A stretch of DNA of 64,000 bases from Camelus dromedarius (taxonomy: Eukaryota), in the NCBI RefSeq assembly GCF_036321535.1, contig NC_087452.1, positions 6,076,001 through 6,140,000 of the forward strand, given 5' to 3'. Below the pieces are notes generated by a model. It worked only from the letters and a program-made list of their open reading frames with translations. It was not told the DNA's origin and did no database searches. A program made the translations under genes and the position numbers. The stretch's first letter is position 1. Every line of letters begins with the position of its first letter. Positions 11,530 through 24,720 of the stretch are shown here, one piece after another.

Positions 11530-11924
11530 GTGATATCCCACAGAGGGGACATCACCAGGGATGGACTAGGACAAGTAATGGGATCGGTCACTGAGCCCCA
11601 TCTGCTGGGGCCTGGGGCAGGGGAGCATAGGGGGATAGAGACCCAAACTGGGCTTGTGTGACATATAAAATACGCAGGAATGTGCATGATCCTCATAAAT
11701 TGCAAGATTTCTGATTCACTAAGCATCTCTTGACCCCTGCTTCCCACGATGTTCTGGGTCCTGTGCTAGTCATTAGAGAGAGGTAATTAGAACAATTCTG
11801 GCTTTCAGGGAGTTTGCCAACCAAAGGGAGGGGAAGTCAGACATGTACCAGGTGATGTGCTGTTGTGATTAGGAGTCCTAGGGGAACTGGCATGGGGAGG
11901 CCTGGATTTGAATCCTGGCCTAAG

Positions 11925-12135
11925 CACTTTCTAGGGATGGACTATGGACTTGCTGTTTCCCAGCTGTGTGGCTTTGAGAAAATTATCTGCTAGTTCTGAG
12001 GTTCAGTTCTCTATCTGCAAAGTTGGCTGGATAATAGGGCCTGCCTCTGAGCTCTTGTGAGGATTAAAAGAGAGACTTTTTGCAAAGGCTCAGCCCAATG
12101 TCTGACACTAAGTAAGCATGTCAAACGTTATTTAT
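11925..12135 (+). mobile_element. MIR SINE
   Basis: cagttctctatctgcaaagttggctggataatag...ttgtgaggattaaa core. Confidence 0.7.
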
Positions 12136-12149
12136 TGCTATGACTCTGA

Positions 12150-12800
12150 TTATTTCTATTTATGGCATAAGCATCCTCGGAGCCTTGTGTGCCAGGTGCT
12201 ATGCCAGATCCTAGGGGACAGAGATGGCTAAAATGAACTTCTTGGTGTCTAGTAGCTTATAAACTTGCTGGGGAGACAAGGTACTCTGTTTCTTCTAGTT
12301 ATGACCAAACACTACGAATAGGCCTACAAGTAGAGGTATGAAGGACCAGCCTTATGGAGGAAGAAGATGCCATTTTAACTGGACCTCAAAAGATGAATAA
12401 AATTAACTCGTGGTCCCTGGGAATCCACTGGAGCTTTTTGAGCGAGGCTGTGGCACAATCACTTGTATTTTAGCATCTAAGAAGCTGGGTAACTGATGCA
12501 GAGAGGGCTTCCCAGTTGTGGTGATTTTTGAAGTGAAGGTTTGCTGGGAGGATTGCTTGCCTTCACCAAAAAGTTACCAGTGGCATATTTTCCCAGGTCT
12601 AACATGCACTGAGATGTGATCATCTGTTTGACCTTTTTGCTAAACGCTGTAACTGGCTTGGGTGTTACAGAGGTGAAACTAGTACAGGCAAACAAGTGAA
12701 TCGAAAGATGAGAATGTATGAATAAAATCCTATGAGATGGGCACAGAAAAGAAGCTGAGTTTTGCAGGATGAGTAGGAGTTTGCTAGATAGAAAGGGGAT
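12150..12800 (-). mobile_element. L2 LINE relic
   Basis: gtgccaggtgctatgccag...ggtgtctagtagc...ggacctcaaaagatgaat motif. Confidence 0.55.
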
Positions 12801-12911
12801 GGGGAAAGACTTGGAGCCTTCATGAGTTCTAGATCCTAATTTTTCACTAGGAGATGGAACCATCCTGTGTCTTCCCTTCTCTCCCTCAGTGACNNNNNNN
12901 NNNNNNNNNNN

Positions 12912-13162
12912 NNNNNNNNNNNNNNNNNNNNNNNNNNNNNNNNNNNNNNNNNNNNNNNNNNNNNNNNNNNNNNNNNNNNNNNNNNNNNNNNNNNNNNNNN
13001 NNNNNNNNNNNNNNNNNNNNNNNNNNNNNNNNNNNNNNNNNGGCCAGGCCCTGGTCCTGGGCGACCCAAATCCAAAAACCTTCAACCCAAGATCCAGGAA
13101 TATGAATTCACTGATGACCCAATTGACGTGCCACGTATTCCCAAGAATGACGCCCCCAACAG
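12912..13162 (+). CDS. TADA3: TADA3 exon (ILTDW...PGPGRPKSK...DAPNR); 5' part masked
   Basis: Visible 3' half matches; start inferred from orthologous length and lies inside the N block. Confidence 0.85.
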
Positions 13163-13272
13163 GTCTGGGCCGGGGAACGTAGATGGGGCTCGGAGTTCGG
13201 GCATTGAAGGCTGTGGAGGGACCCGGGGCCAGGGCTCATGGGCACCCACTCAGGATCTGCTTTTCCCTGCAG

Positions 13273-13378
13273 ATTCTGGGCTTCGGTGGAGCCCTACTGT
13301 GCTGATATCACCAGTGAGGAGGTGCGCACGCTAGAGGAGCTACTGAAACCCCCAGAAGATGAGGCTGAACATTACAAG
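13273..13378 (+). CDS. TADA3: TADA3 exon (FWASVEPY...EHYK)
   Basis: 106 nt, ag/gt flanks. Confidence 0.97.
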
Positions 13379-14657
13379 GTAGGGACCCCAGGCCTAGATA
13401 GACATGAGGGAGAACAAGAGGGCTCCGAGGTGCCTCAGAATCAAAGATTCCAAAGGTATACATCATCGTCCTCCCCCCTGCCCTGCCCAGCCTCCTGTCT
13501 GCTCCATTAACGCACCCGGACACCCAGGTGCTAACTCTCAGCTTCCTCCCTTCTGTCCCCATCCAAATGGTCACCATGTCCTAAGGCGGCATCTTCAGGG
13601 AGGCCCTCCCTTTTTCCCTCTTAACTCCATCCCCTCTGCTGGGGCTCAAGCCTTCATCAGCTTTTACCTGAATGGCCTCTAACACTTTGCTGCCTGTAGA
13701 GGGGCTTTTTCTTTTTTTTAATGTATAAAAATTTACTTTTTTTTATGATGAAAATAAAGGAGGTTCCATAACAAAAAACGTAGAAAATACAGAAAAGCAT
13801 TGGTGGGGAACTCTCCCATTGTCATGATCGGATGTGCTCATGATGTGGCCCTGCTCCCAGGCCTCCCCTGGCTCCCATTACCCCCAGAATCGCGTCCAAG
13901 GTCTCAGTCCTTGGTGGCACAGCCCCAGGGCCCCTCTCTAGTTTCCTTGGCCACGCCGCCTCTTGACTGTTGTATTTACCAGCCCCACCAAGCACCCTGC
14001 CCTCACCCCAGGCCCACGCGCGGTCCTTGCTGATCACTGGGCCTCCGCTCATGCGCTTCTCTCCTTGGCCACCTGACACCCTTCAAGCCCCTGATCGCAC
14101 ATTACTGCTACCAAAATGACTGCAGATTCCCCGGCAGGAAGCTGGTCTGTCTTCTGTGCTGCTACCACCCGTTGACCTACCTCTGTCACTTCACTTGTCT
14201 GAATTTTTAAAAAATTAACTTGAAAAAGTAATCCATTCAGGTAGTAATAAGTTCAGGCAGCGCAAACAATATTTCCCTCTCACTTCTGACCCTCAGGCCT
14301 CCAGTTCTCTCTGGAGACAATAGCTGTCATCTGAGATGATCCACGTACACACACCCTTCTGCACCTTGTATCTTGGAAATTGTTCCATATTGCCCTCAGC
14401 GTGTGTTTCAGTTCTTTACGTACCTGGCTTCCTTACTAGACTGTGAGCGGAGAGGTTTTGTCTTCTTCGTCTCTTCTCACCTGTACCAGGCACAGGCCTC
14501 GGCCCTGGGCTGGGTATTTGGGAGACAGACAAGTGAAGGCGTGAGGAATGGACGAAGAGCCTGTTGGTAGTCCCAAGTGCACAGATAGCCCCCACATACC
14601 CCAGGCATGGCTGGCCCGTGTTTACCCACCTCGGGCTGGGTGGGGTGTCTCCCACAG

Positions 14658-14799
14658 ATCCCGCCCCTGGGGAAGCACTACTCCCAACGCTGGGCACAGG
14701 AGGACCTGCTGGAGGAGCAGAAGGACGGAGCCCGGGCAGCAGCCGTGGCTGACAAGAAGAAAGGCCTCATGGGGCCACTGACCGAACTGGACACTAAAG
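14658..14799 (+). CDS. TADA3: TADA3 exon (IPPLGKHY...LDTK)
   Basis: 142 nt, ag/gt flanks. Confidence 0.97.
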
Positions 14800-14890
14800 G
14801 TAGACCTCTCACCTCCCTGCCATCCCCAAGCCAGGATTTGAGTTCCCAGAACTTCAGCCTACCTGTTCACCACTTCTCTGCCCGCTTCAG

Positions 14891-14994
14891 ATGTGGATGC
14901 CCTGCTAAAGAAGTCTGAGGCCCAGCACGAGCAGCCGGAAGACGGATGCCCCTTTGGTGCCCTGACACAGCGCCTCCTGCAGGCCTTGGTGGAG
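14891..14994 (+). CDS. TADA3: TADA3 exon (DVDALLKK...ALVE)
   Basis: 104 nt, ag/gt flanks. Confidence 0.97.
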
Positions 14995-15559
14995 GTGAGC
15001 ATCCCAACCCAAAAGAAGAACTACATTTACTTTCTGTTTCAATGTTCTATGTTTATTTTTTAATTGACGTATATTATACATTTAGAAAGGTACATAGGTC
15101 ATAAACGTAGAGCTTAATAGGTTTCACAGATGAGCATGCTTGTTCAGCTAGCCCCAAGATCACAAAATGAAACACCAGTATCCTAGAAGCCCCTCCAAAT
15201 TTTAACCTCCCCTCAGGGTAGCCGCTACTCCACAGTTACTCTTGCTGAGTGTTGGCTAAGGGCCCTGTGCAAGGGCTTTCAATACATCCTCCCATTAGAG
15301 GCAAAGACAGTGGTTAGCCCTGTGCTACACCTAAGAAGACTGAGGCTGAAAAAAGGGAACTGTTGGCTTGAGGTCACACAGCTAATAATTAGAAACAGGA
15401 CTCAAACCCAGGTTCAGGGTCCCTTTATGCCCACTGGCTGCCCTTCGGCACGTCTCTTCACCTCACTGAGCCTCAGTTTCATCTCTGGCTCAAACACAAC
15501 AGTGTCTCTCCCACAAAACATTCTGGGCACATGTTCCAGGTTGGCTGAAGTGGGGGTGG

Positions 15560-15860
15560 GGGAGATCTCTGTTCCCCACCATCAGATAGGGACCCCAGCT
15601 TTGCCGTCTCAAACATACACTCTGCACAAGGTCACTCCCAGTGTGACTGCCACTCCAAGCCCACAGAAAAAGAGCAAGGAGGAGCATGTGAAGGTCATCA
15701 CTGGCCGTGGCTCTTATCTCTTCTGATCACTTTCCACTGGAGAGAACTTGTCACATGACCACACCTGACTGTAAGGGAGGCTGGGAAGTGTGGTGTATCC
15801 GGGCAGCTTATGGTCCGCTGTAAGCCCAGCGACTACAGAAGGCAGGTGAGATGGGCTTTG
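15560..15860. mobile_element. MLT1 LTR fragment
   Basis: gtcacatgaccacacctgactgtaagggaggctgggaagtg motif. Confidence 0.55.
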
Positions 15861-16192
15861 GGGCAGCTAGCAGCTGCTGGCACGGCACGCTTACCTCAGC
15901 GCCTGGTGCACTGCAAACATGGAACAAACAGGTCTTCTCGTTCCTGTTGCTGAATGTTATCATCACTCTTCTGTGCTCCCTTCCTTCTGTATCAGTACCA
16001 AAAAAAAAGGATTTTTTTTAAATGATCGAAGCTTTTTTGAGTCCATTTGGGAAGGCTTCCCAAAGTGAGTGGAATAGGAAAGAGAAAAGGGTATTTCTGG
16101 TCTGCAGAAACTGTCCTTGTAGGTCAGAGGGGAGCAGGGAAAGGATAAGACTACAGCTCTTTCTCCCTCCATCCATTTCTGTGCTCTTCCAG

Positions 16193-16302
16193 GAAAATAT
16201 TATTTCCCCTATGGAGGACTCTCCCATTCCCGACATGTCTGGGAAAGAGTCGGGCGCTGACGGGGCAAGCACCTCTCCCCGCAATCAGAACAAGCCCTTC
16301 AG
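16193..16302 (+). CDS. TADA3: TADA3 exon (ENIISPMED...KPFS)
   Basis: 110 nt, ag/gt flanks. Confidence 0.97.
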
Positions 16303-16519
16303 GTAAGTGATATCCTGTCCATGCCCCACAGTCTGGCCTCTGCTTCTGTTGGCTTCTGTCCATCCCAGCATGGGATGGCCTTTATTAATAGAGAGGCCGA
16401 GGACATTATCATGAAGCCCAACAAAAGTCAGATGTGCGTGCTGGCCCAGCATTTCCACACACAGACCTGTGACCGGGCTTTCAGTGTGGCACTGTCCTTA
16501 TTATCAATAGCCTGAGTGT

Positions 16520-16990
16520 CCAACTGAAGGGGATTGGTTGGCTAAACTGTCATAACTCCATGTGATGAAATAACTTGCAACTATGAATCATATTAGAGAA
16601 ATATAGTTAACTGACGTGAAAAAATGATATCAATAGAGTGATAAGGGGAAAATGTCAGCTGTAGCACAGCACAGACAGCAAGGATCCTATTTTTACTTGA
16701 GACAGATTTAAATGTGTGTACGTAAGGGGAAAAAAGCTAAAATAGTACACAGTAAAAGTGGAAATAATGTATAACAAAGTTTGGAATACACTGTATTATA
16801 TAATGACATAAAATACATATATATATTTTGTGTGTATAACACATAACAAGATAATAGTAGTATGTGTAATAGTAACAGATAAAGTAATAGTTGTTCTCTC
16901 TGGGTCGTTGGTATTATAGGTTTTTGTGTATTTTATATTACATAACATTGATATACGTTGCTTGTGTTTGAAACAAGACCAGGTGTGTCT
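16520..16990 (+). mobile_element. Ancient L1M 3' fragment
   Basis: ggattggttggctaaactg...ggatcctatttt motif, AT-rich. Confidence 0.55.
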
Positions 16991-17126
16991 GTCTATATTT
17001 TTATGACTAGGTAGCTCTAGGGTCAGGGTGCACAAAGAGATAGGAAGGTGCTTGCTAACCTTGGGCATCTCTGAGGGGTCCCCCCTCCAAGCTGGCCCTT
17101 GAACTGCACGCTGCCTTGCCCGGCAG

Positions 17127-17312
17127 TGTGCCGCACACCAAGTCCCTGGAGAGCCGCATCAAGGAGGAGCTGATCGCCCAGGGCCTGCTGGAGTCTGAGG
17201 ACCGCCCCGCAGAGGACTCGGAGGACGAGGTTCTCGCAGAACTGCGCAAACGGCAGGCCGAGCTCAAGGCGCTCAGCGCCCACAACCGCACCAAGAAACA
17301 CGACCTGCTGAG
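17127..17312 (+). CDS. TADA3: TADA3 exon (VPHTKSLE...HDLLR)
   Basis: 186 nt, ag/gt flanks. Confidence 0.97.
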
Positions 17313-18833
17313 GTGGGTGCTGGCTGGGCGTGCGGCCAGGGGTGGCCAGCGAGGCTTTGGCCACCGCTGGTCACCTTCCAGGAGCTTCACCACAGGCAAG
17401 TCTTTCCATGCTTAACTCCCCCCCCAAAGTGTTGTGAAACATTTCATAGACACAGAAAATCTGATGGAGTAGTACAGTAAACACCAATTATGCTCCACCT
17501 CGATTTATCAACTGTTAAGATTTTGCTGGACATCTGTGATGATTATCAGCCCGTCACCAGGAACTAACCAGTGTTTTAGGACCAGTTCTTCAAGGAACTG
17601 GTTGCGATGTTTCTCATTTTGTGTTTATTCCTATCTGTCTTGCCCTGCGTTGGTCACAACAAGGGTAAGGGGGATACCTGGAGGAAGAGGCTGCCCTTTT
17701 CCTGGGGAGATAGAGAAGTCTCCTTGCTTCTCCTAGACAGGTGCCCAAAAGGGCAGGGCACACTCGTCCATTTGGCCCACTCTGTCTCTCAGACTGAGGG
17801 CTGGGAAGAGAGGCAGGGCAAAGGGCTTGCCGTCACCACGAGTGGTTGGTGAAGGCCAATGGAAGGAGAGGAAGTTGCTGACCAGCTTCTAAGGCATTTA
17901 AGGATGAGGGCATACTGAACGCCTGTCAGGTATCAGGGAGTTTGTGTACACCCTCCTATATTTGATCTCCACTACCACCTAGGGAGTAGGTGGTATTTTT
18001 CCCTGTTTACCAGATGAGGAAATAAAGGCCCAGTGAAATGAGTGCTCTGCTGAAGGTCACACAGCCCGGAAACAGCCAAGCTGTGACTTGAGCCCAAGGC
18101 TGAATCTAAAGCCTCTTTCTAGTTCCCTCTCAAGGGCAAGTAGAAGAAAATACGGATGAAAGAGTGCAGAGGAGGGGAGGGGGAGGGGTGAGAGAGAAGT
18201 AGGACTTGCAGATGCAGAAGTCTTGGGCAGAGAAGGAAGTAGCCTGGGGGTATCAGAAGGCACAACCCTGCCCCGAGCAGCAGCTTCTCCATCTGAAAAA
18301 TTAACCGGTTAGACTAGATAGATCTCTAAGTGACCTTCCAGCTCCACCATCAATTGAATTTATAAGTCAGATTCCATTCCGAGGGTTCAGTTTGGTATCT
18401 CACTCACCTCCTGTAGACCTGGGTCTGCCTAGACCCTGAGGTTGCTCTGGAATGTGGATGCTGAAGCAAGCAGGTCTTCTGCTGGCACCAGGACCTTTTA
18501 AAGAAGATTGTTTGGAGCCTCCCTGCCTTGATTCAGGTCGCCTACTCACTAGTTGTGGGATCTTGAAGCATTTCTTATGTCCTTGAGCCTCAGGTCCCTC
18601 ACTGGTAACAGGAATAATAGCACCTACCTCAAGGTTGATTGAGCTAATATTTTTGAAGTAAGGTAGTACCTGTTACATTGGCACCAGGTAAGTGTGGCTC
18701 AGTAACTTTGCTTTTTGGTATGAAACAGTCCACGGGAGTGGCAGCCTGGGGTGGTGGGTGGGCTCAGTCTGGGAGGGGGAGGAACCCTACTCTGGTGGGC
18801 TTCCCATGGCACACGGCCAGCTGGTCCCCACAG

Positions 18834-19026
18834 GCTGGCGAAGGAGGAGGTGAGCCGACAGGAGCTGAGGCAGCGTGTCCGCATGGCAGACAACGAGGTN
18901 NNNNNNNNNNNNNNNNNNNNNNNNNNNNNNNNNNNNNNNNNNNNNNNNNNNNNNNNNNNNNNNNNNNNNNNNNNNNNNNNNNNNNNNNNNNNNNNNNNNN
19001 NNNNNNNNNNNNNNNNNNNNNNNNNN
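18834..19026 (+). CDS. TADA3: TADA3 last coding exon (LAKEEVSR...MADNEV...); stop masked
   Basis: Acceptor cacag at 18833; end inferred from the 432-aa orthologue and lies inside the N block. Confidence 0.85.
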
Positions 19027-19355
19027 NNNNNNNNNNNNNNNNNNNNNGCCTGAGAGGGGGAGGCCCACTTCCTTATTTGGGCTGCAGAAGCCATGGCCTG
19101 TGGCAGCCTGTCTAATGTCAAGTGACAGCAGTCTTTAGAGGCTGTGGCCCTTCCCTGAGGTCTCCTGGCCTAGCTCTGTACAGCCAGGACACGGGAGGCC
19201 CCGCCAGGCTGGCCGGGCCCCAGCCCCTGCTTGGTCCCCACGATGAGGGGGCTTCATTTCTAGGCCTTCCTCATCCCCCTCTTCACCACCCCCTCCCCAA
19301 CCCCTCTCGCCCTCAAGGACTTCTCCCTTGTGGTTTTGTAAAGTGCAAACTTAAG

Positions 19356-19361
19356 AATAAA
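19356..19361 (+). terminator. TADA3: TADA3 poly(A) signal AATAAA
   Basis: AATAAA followed by a GT/T-rich tract. Confidence 0.8.
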
Positions 19362-20289
19362 GTAACTGCTGTGGTTTTTTAAAAAGCATCCAGAATGTTT
19401 GAATGTCTGTTATTGTGGGGTAGAAAGGAACTGGTGTGGGTGGCAAAGTTTTAGGAGGGCGTGCTTGGTGGCTCTCAGTCTGCGGCCACTCACCCATGTC
19501 GTTCACTCAGGGAGAACTTTCTGAAGATACCTGTGGCTGCAGGTAACCAAACACCCCAGCTCAGAGTTGTTTAGCAAGAAGGAGGTGTGTTAGCTAGGGG
19601 TTTGGTGGTCTTGGGGCAGATGGCATCCAGGATTGGGCGATCCAGCAACTCAACAGGGCCATGAAGGGTTTCTCCTAAAGTGGGGGTCCCTTCCACCTGT
19701 GCAGTGGCAGCCAGTAGCGATTGACTGGTGGAGGCCAAAGGCTTCCTCATGTATGTCTAGCACAAGAGAGGGCAGGAAGGCGCCAGCTGGCTTCCTTGGC
19801 CCACCCAAAAGAGAACGAAGCCTTTCCCAGACACCCTCACGTCCCACCAGACCAAACTAGGCCCTATGCGCCCATTCCTGAACCAGTCACTGGAAGACTC
19901 TAAACCATTCCCCATGAGAATGGAGTTTGCTTCCTCACTAAGCCTAAGGCAGTAGAGAGAGGGTGGAACGCAACAAAGATCTGAGTAGGAAGGAGAAAAA
20001 GGCCGGAAAGACCATTGGCAACGTCCCTTCCATAGCCCGGGTGGGAAGCTCGGCCTGAGAGTTACAGATGAGTAATTACGCTCTTGTCGCTGTCTTCAGT
20101 TGTTCCCAAACTATAGTGTCAGAGAGTCATTTGCAATTTACTGTGGGAAGGTTGAGGTCCACATGGAGGAGGGGAGGGGAAGTTTCCCTGAGGAAGTGAC
20201 CTGTGAACTGAGCCATAAAGAACCATGGCCAGGACAGCCAACATTCCTGTACGCGCAGTACCTCTCCTGTGGGAGAACTGCCCTTTCCC

Positions 20290-20740
20290 CGTTTCATGTG
20301 GCTCTGTGAGACTGACAGACGAGGGTGGACGCATGGCCCCAGCTTAGCCAGTCTCAGGCTGCCATCTCTCCAGCCACAATGATTGGTCCAAAGAGTGGGC
20401 ATGTGAGCCAAGCCGGGCAAATCGGAGGCCTTTCATAAGATTGCTCCATGGTTGCTCAGAGAAAGGATTTCTCCTCTTTTGTATGAAAAGCCATAGAATA
20501 TAAGCTTGAACCACCCAGTAACCCATCTTCCTGCCACAGGGATGAACCTGCCTCAAAATAAAGCCAAGTCACAGAAACAGAGCCAGGAGATGGAGAAGAA
20601 GACAGAATTCTCATGATGTAGCTGGACCCCCGGATCCTCCATTGGAGTTCAGTTACATCCACCCACAGATGCTTCTTTTGTCTTAAGCTAGTTTGTTTTG
20701 GAGTTTTGTCATTTGTCAACTAAAAAAGACCTGACTAATA
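20290..20740 (+). mobile_element. MLT1 (MaLR) solo LTR relic
   Basis: tgattggtcc...gggcatgtgagccaagc; 3' end ttgtcatttgtcaac...gacctgactaata. Confidence 0.65.
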
Positions 20741-23559
20741 AAAGTGGCTTTTGGCAAAAAGAAGGTAGAGTAGGGTCCTGAGAGAAAGGACAGCGTGAGG
20801 GCCTGCATCCTACTACACGCGGGGGCGGGGGCGCTGGGCCAGGTTTTCAGTGACTCACTGACCCCAGCTTGTGTATACCCTTCTCAGAGAGAAAAAATAC
20901 CCTCACTTAATTTCATGAATTAACTCATAAAATTAACTGCTCAGGAAATTCAGCCCTGCACAAGGCACTGTCAAACTCATCAAGCTACTGAATCTTCTCA
21001 ACCACCCCAAATGGTAGGTACTAATAACATCCCATTCATAGACAAGGAAACTGAGTCTTATGAGGTTACACACTTTGCTTCCTCAAACAATTGATAAGTG
21101 GTTGAACCAAGATTCATACTCAGTCCACTTGACCTGCAGACAGAGCCTCTTCATTACATAACCTGTCTGGGCTCCACTCCCCTTTCAGTCTGTGAATGGT
21201 ACTTCTAGGCTGAAGCAGTGCACAGCCTGTGCAGCCGTACATAGCAGCCCTGCCTGCAGAAACCCTATTCTTAATTAACTACTCATTTCCATGTTCATGA
21301 GAACAGACCATAAGTATGGTAGGCGTCATTAGTAAAGTGTTCTAGGAACAGAGACAGTTTTGTGGAGGAGGCAAGATGGGAGCTGAAGTCCCAAAATTAG
21401 GTAGAATTGCGAGCGGGGAAGGGAGAAGTTATAAATAGAAGGAAGAACCCTAGAAGACTGACTGGTTCCTTAGGGAAAAGACTGAACTTTTAAGGATCAG
21501 CTGTGAGAATTCTAGTTATTCTCTACTGCACACCTACCATCTGCCTGGTACTGTGCTGGACCCTTCACTCCCATGTCTTACTTGTTGCTCACCACACACC
21601 TACAAGGGGAACAGTCACCTGCCCACCCTGCAGAGGAGGACGCCAAGGCTCAGAAAGGTTCATTGCCTTCTGAGGATACACAGCCTTGGTGCAGGAACAG
21701 TTAACACCCTGATAAGTACCAACCCAGAAAGAGCTGACAACCACAGCGGGACAGGGAGTCCCTTCTTACAGCCATATTCCTGTCTGCTGGAGCCAAAGAA
21801 GGCCTCCTTTATGGGGTCTGGAGAAAGCTGGGTTCCCTGTGAGGAGGCGGGGATTAGTTCCAGCACATCAAGGCTCCAATTTTAATTTGAAGCAATATTG
21901 ATACCTTATCATCAGTTTGATGAAAAAGCCTTTCGTGTCTTGGCTCTGAAAATCCTCCACCATCGTCGTTTGTCCTGAGTCCCAAATACCTTACAACTGA
22001 CTTTCAGAAACACTAGGGTAAGTGAGAACAGGATTGGGTGGAAGTTAAGCCCTGGCGTAGGGACCATGACCCAGCCTGGGTCCCCAGGCCTTGCCAGCTC
22101 CTGAGCACTCTGACTGGGGGATGCTGGGTCCCAGGTGAGTTCTGCTAAGAGGGAAGTGATGGCTGGAACTCTGTGGAAACATGGTCAGAGAGTAAATTCC
22201 TTTCCTGGTCTGAGGCTCAGGACTCAATGGAGAGAACTAAGCACAAATGGACCATAACTCACTCACGTAGTAACTCAGTCATCATTTCTTCTCTTCACTC
22301 ACCTAGTTCATTTATTCACCCCATCGACTTGCCTGCATTTCCTTATTCATAGTTCCGTTTCCTTACTCAGTGACCCTGTTGCCGTGGCTGAGAGCTAAGT
22401 AGGTGACTAACGTTTCCAAGATGGGGAGACAGCTGGGCCGACAATCAAAGCACAAGGCAATAAAAACAATAACAGACGAATGTACAAAAGCTGCAGGGAC
22501 CTGGGACAGAGGACGGCTGAAGTACGGCCTAGAGGGTCAGGAAAGCCTTCAGGGAGGATGTGGAAAGGAAGCTGCAGAAGACATTCCAAACAAAAGGATT
22601 GGCAAGGCCCAGAGGAGCGAACAGCTGGCCTGCTTAGAGAGAGGTGAGAACTTGAGTGTGACTGGAGCCCTGGGTGTGGGGAGGGGGAGGGAAGGATGAG
22701 AGATGAGGCTGAAAGTAGGTTGAGACCAGGCTGGGACAGGCTCTGAATGGCGGGTTAAGGAACACGGGTTTTACTCTGAAGTCAAGGATTCTACTACCCT
22801 TATTTTACAGATGAGGAAACTAGAATACAGAAAGGGGAAGGGCTGGATCGGACAGACAGTACTGAGCCAGCCTTGTCAGCCAGGGCTCAGACTTTGGACG
22901 CCCTGTTCTAAACGTCCCTCTCTGGGCCTGCCAGCACCACCACGTACAAATTGTACGTATTGTGGGTGAGAATCAGACAAAAGTTCTAGAATCACTGCCC
23001 CAGAAGATGCCTGTGTCAGCCAAGAGAAATCATGAGGTCTGGTAAATATTAAAGGGAACTCTGAGCCTTTTAAGACAGGCTGCTCCTGAGAGGGTGAGGA
23101 GCAGGGGTCGGTACCAGGAAGGCGGAGGGGAAATCCCAGATTTGGAGCTTGACCAGAACTTGCGGGGCTTCAGGAATGGAAAGAGAAACCAGATTGAAAG
23201 CAGCTGTCCTAGGGCAGCTGATGCCTCGAAAAGAAGAACTCTTCTCCTGGGTCTCATTTCCTACTGAGTGCCTACTGTGTACCAAGTATGTGTTGGGAAC
23301 CCAAGAGACAACAGGAGAACTAGCCTACTGGGTGAAAGGCACTTTCTAAGTTGTCTCATCCTCAAAATAAGCCTACAAAGTAGGTATGACTATTGGTGTA
23401 ATGCCACGTTCTACATGAGGAAATTGAGGCTCCGAGCCGTGAAATGATTTGTCCAAGTTCCCACAGCTGGTAAGAGGATAGAGCTGGAGTTTAAACCCAG
23501 ATCTGTCTGACTCCAAACATTCCAATGCACCATTACTGTCTCAACAGCAAAAATGAAAA

Positions 23560-24720
23560 GATGTGATGAATACATTTAAATCCATTCTATTTCTTTGTTG
23601 TTGTTAAAATATAATTTAAATAACTGAACATCAAATTGGTACACACCCACTGCTTTTGGTATAATTTTTTTTAAGTGACTTTCTGATTATAAAGTTAGTA
23701 TTACTCAACAAAAAATGTGTGGAGAATACAAACATGTAGAGAGAAGTAAAAGAAACAAAACCAAATCAGATAATTCTCTGACCATTGTTAACATCTGTGG
23801 TGTTCCTCTCCGCTCTTTGCTATGAATAATTTGTGGTTTGCGTTTTACATTGAAGTTATCAAACTGCACACCTGCTTAACATTATACGCACTTTTTTCCT
23901 GTTTTTAAGTAGGTTGCATTACCATCAATTTACGAGCTGTGAAATATATTACATCTGATGGATGCACCTTATGTTTTTTAATCATTCCCTTCTGGGTGAT
24001 CTCTTCTAAATTCTGCTGTTATAAAAATATTTCTTCAAACATCTTGGAGAGTACAGCTTTGTTCTAATTTTGGATTATTTCCCTGAAATTGATTCCCAAA
24101 AGAGGAATTCCTGGGTCAAAAGGCGTGGACATCATTTAAGCCTTTGATGCATACTGCCAAACCGCTTTCCAAAAAAGACATTTAGCAGGTCATATTCTCA
24201 CCAGAAATGTAGAAATATCCATTGCTCACACTAACACCAGCTTTTAGTGTTACCAGTTTTTTAAACTTCAAATTTGAAAGGCTATAAATGGGTTCTTTTT
24301 TTTAGTTTGCACTTCCTTGACTACTTATGAGGTAGAGAATATTCCATTGTCATTGTGTTTCATCTGTCTCCTTTGACCATTTATTGGGTTCTTAGTCTCT
24401 TATCAACTTTATGTGTTCTTTACATAATAGAAATACTAACCCATTGTCTGTAAAACATTTCCCCAGTCTGAAGTTTGCCTTTTACCGTTAGCTATGATTT
24501 TAGAGTAGAGCAGGGTTTTTTCCTTTCTTTCTTTCTTTTTTTTTTTACTTATTTCCAGCAACAGAAATTAAAGTTAAAAATACTTTCATGTTTTGTAAAT
24601 AAACCTGTCCATCTTTCTTTCCCTCATGATTTCTTCCATTTTCTCTAGTGTTGAAAAATTATTCACTCCTCTAATGGCTTATATTCTGTTGGGTTCAAGA
24701 ATTGATAGAGATGTCTGAGC
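23560..24720 (-). mobile_element. Ancient L1M(E) fragment
   Basis: AT-rich; ggaattcctgggtcaaaagg...tactgccaaaccgctttcca motif. Confidence 0.65.

Noticed and set aside
17023-17364. Long antisense ORFs over coding exons (also 2948-3415, 32371-32577, 51361-51582, 55798-56088)
   Set aside because: Expected shadows of codon bias. Unlike 30742-31002, they have no known isoform match or phase-compatible acceptor that I could identify.
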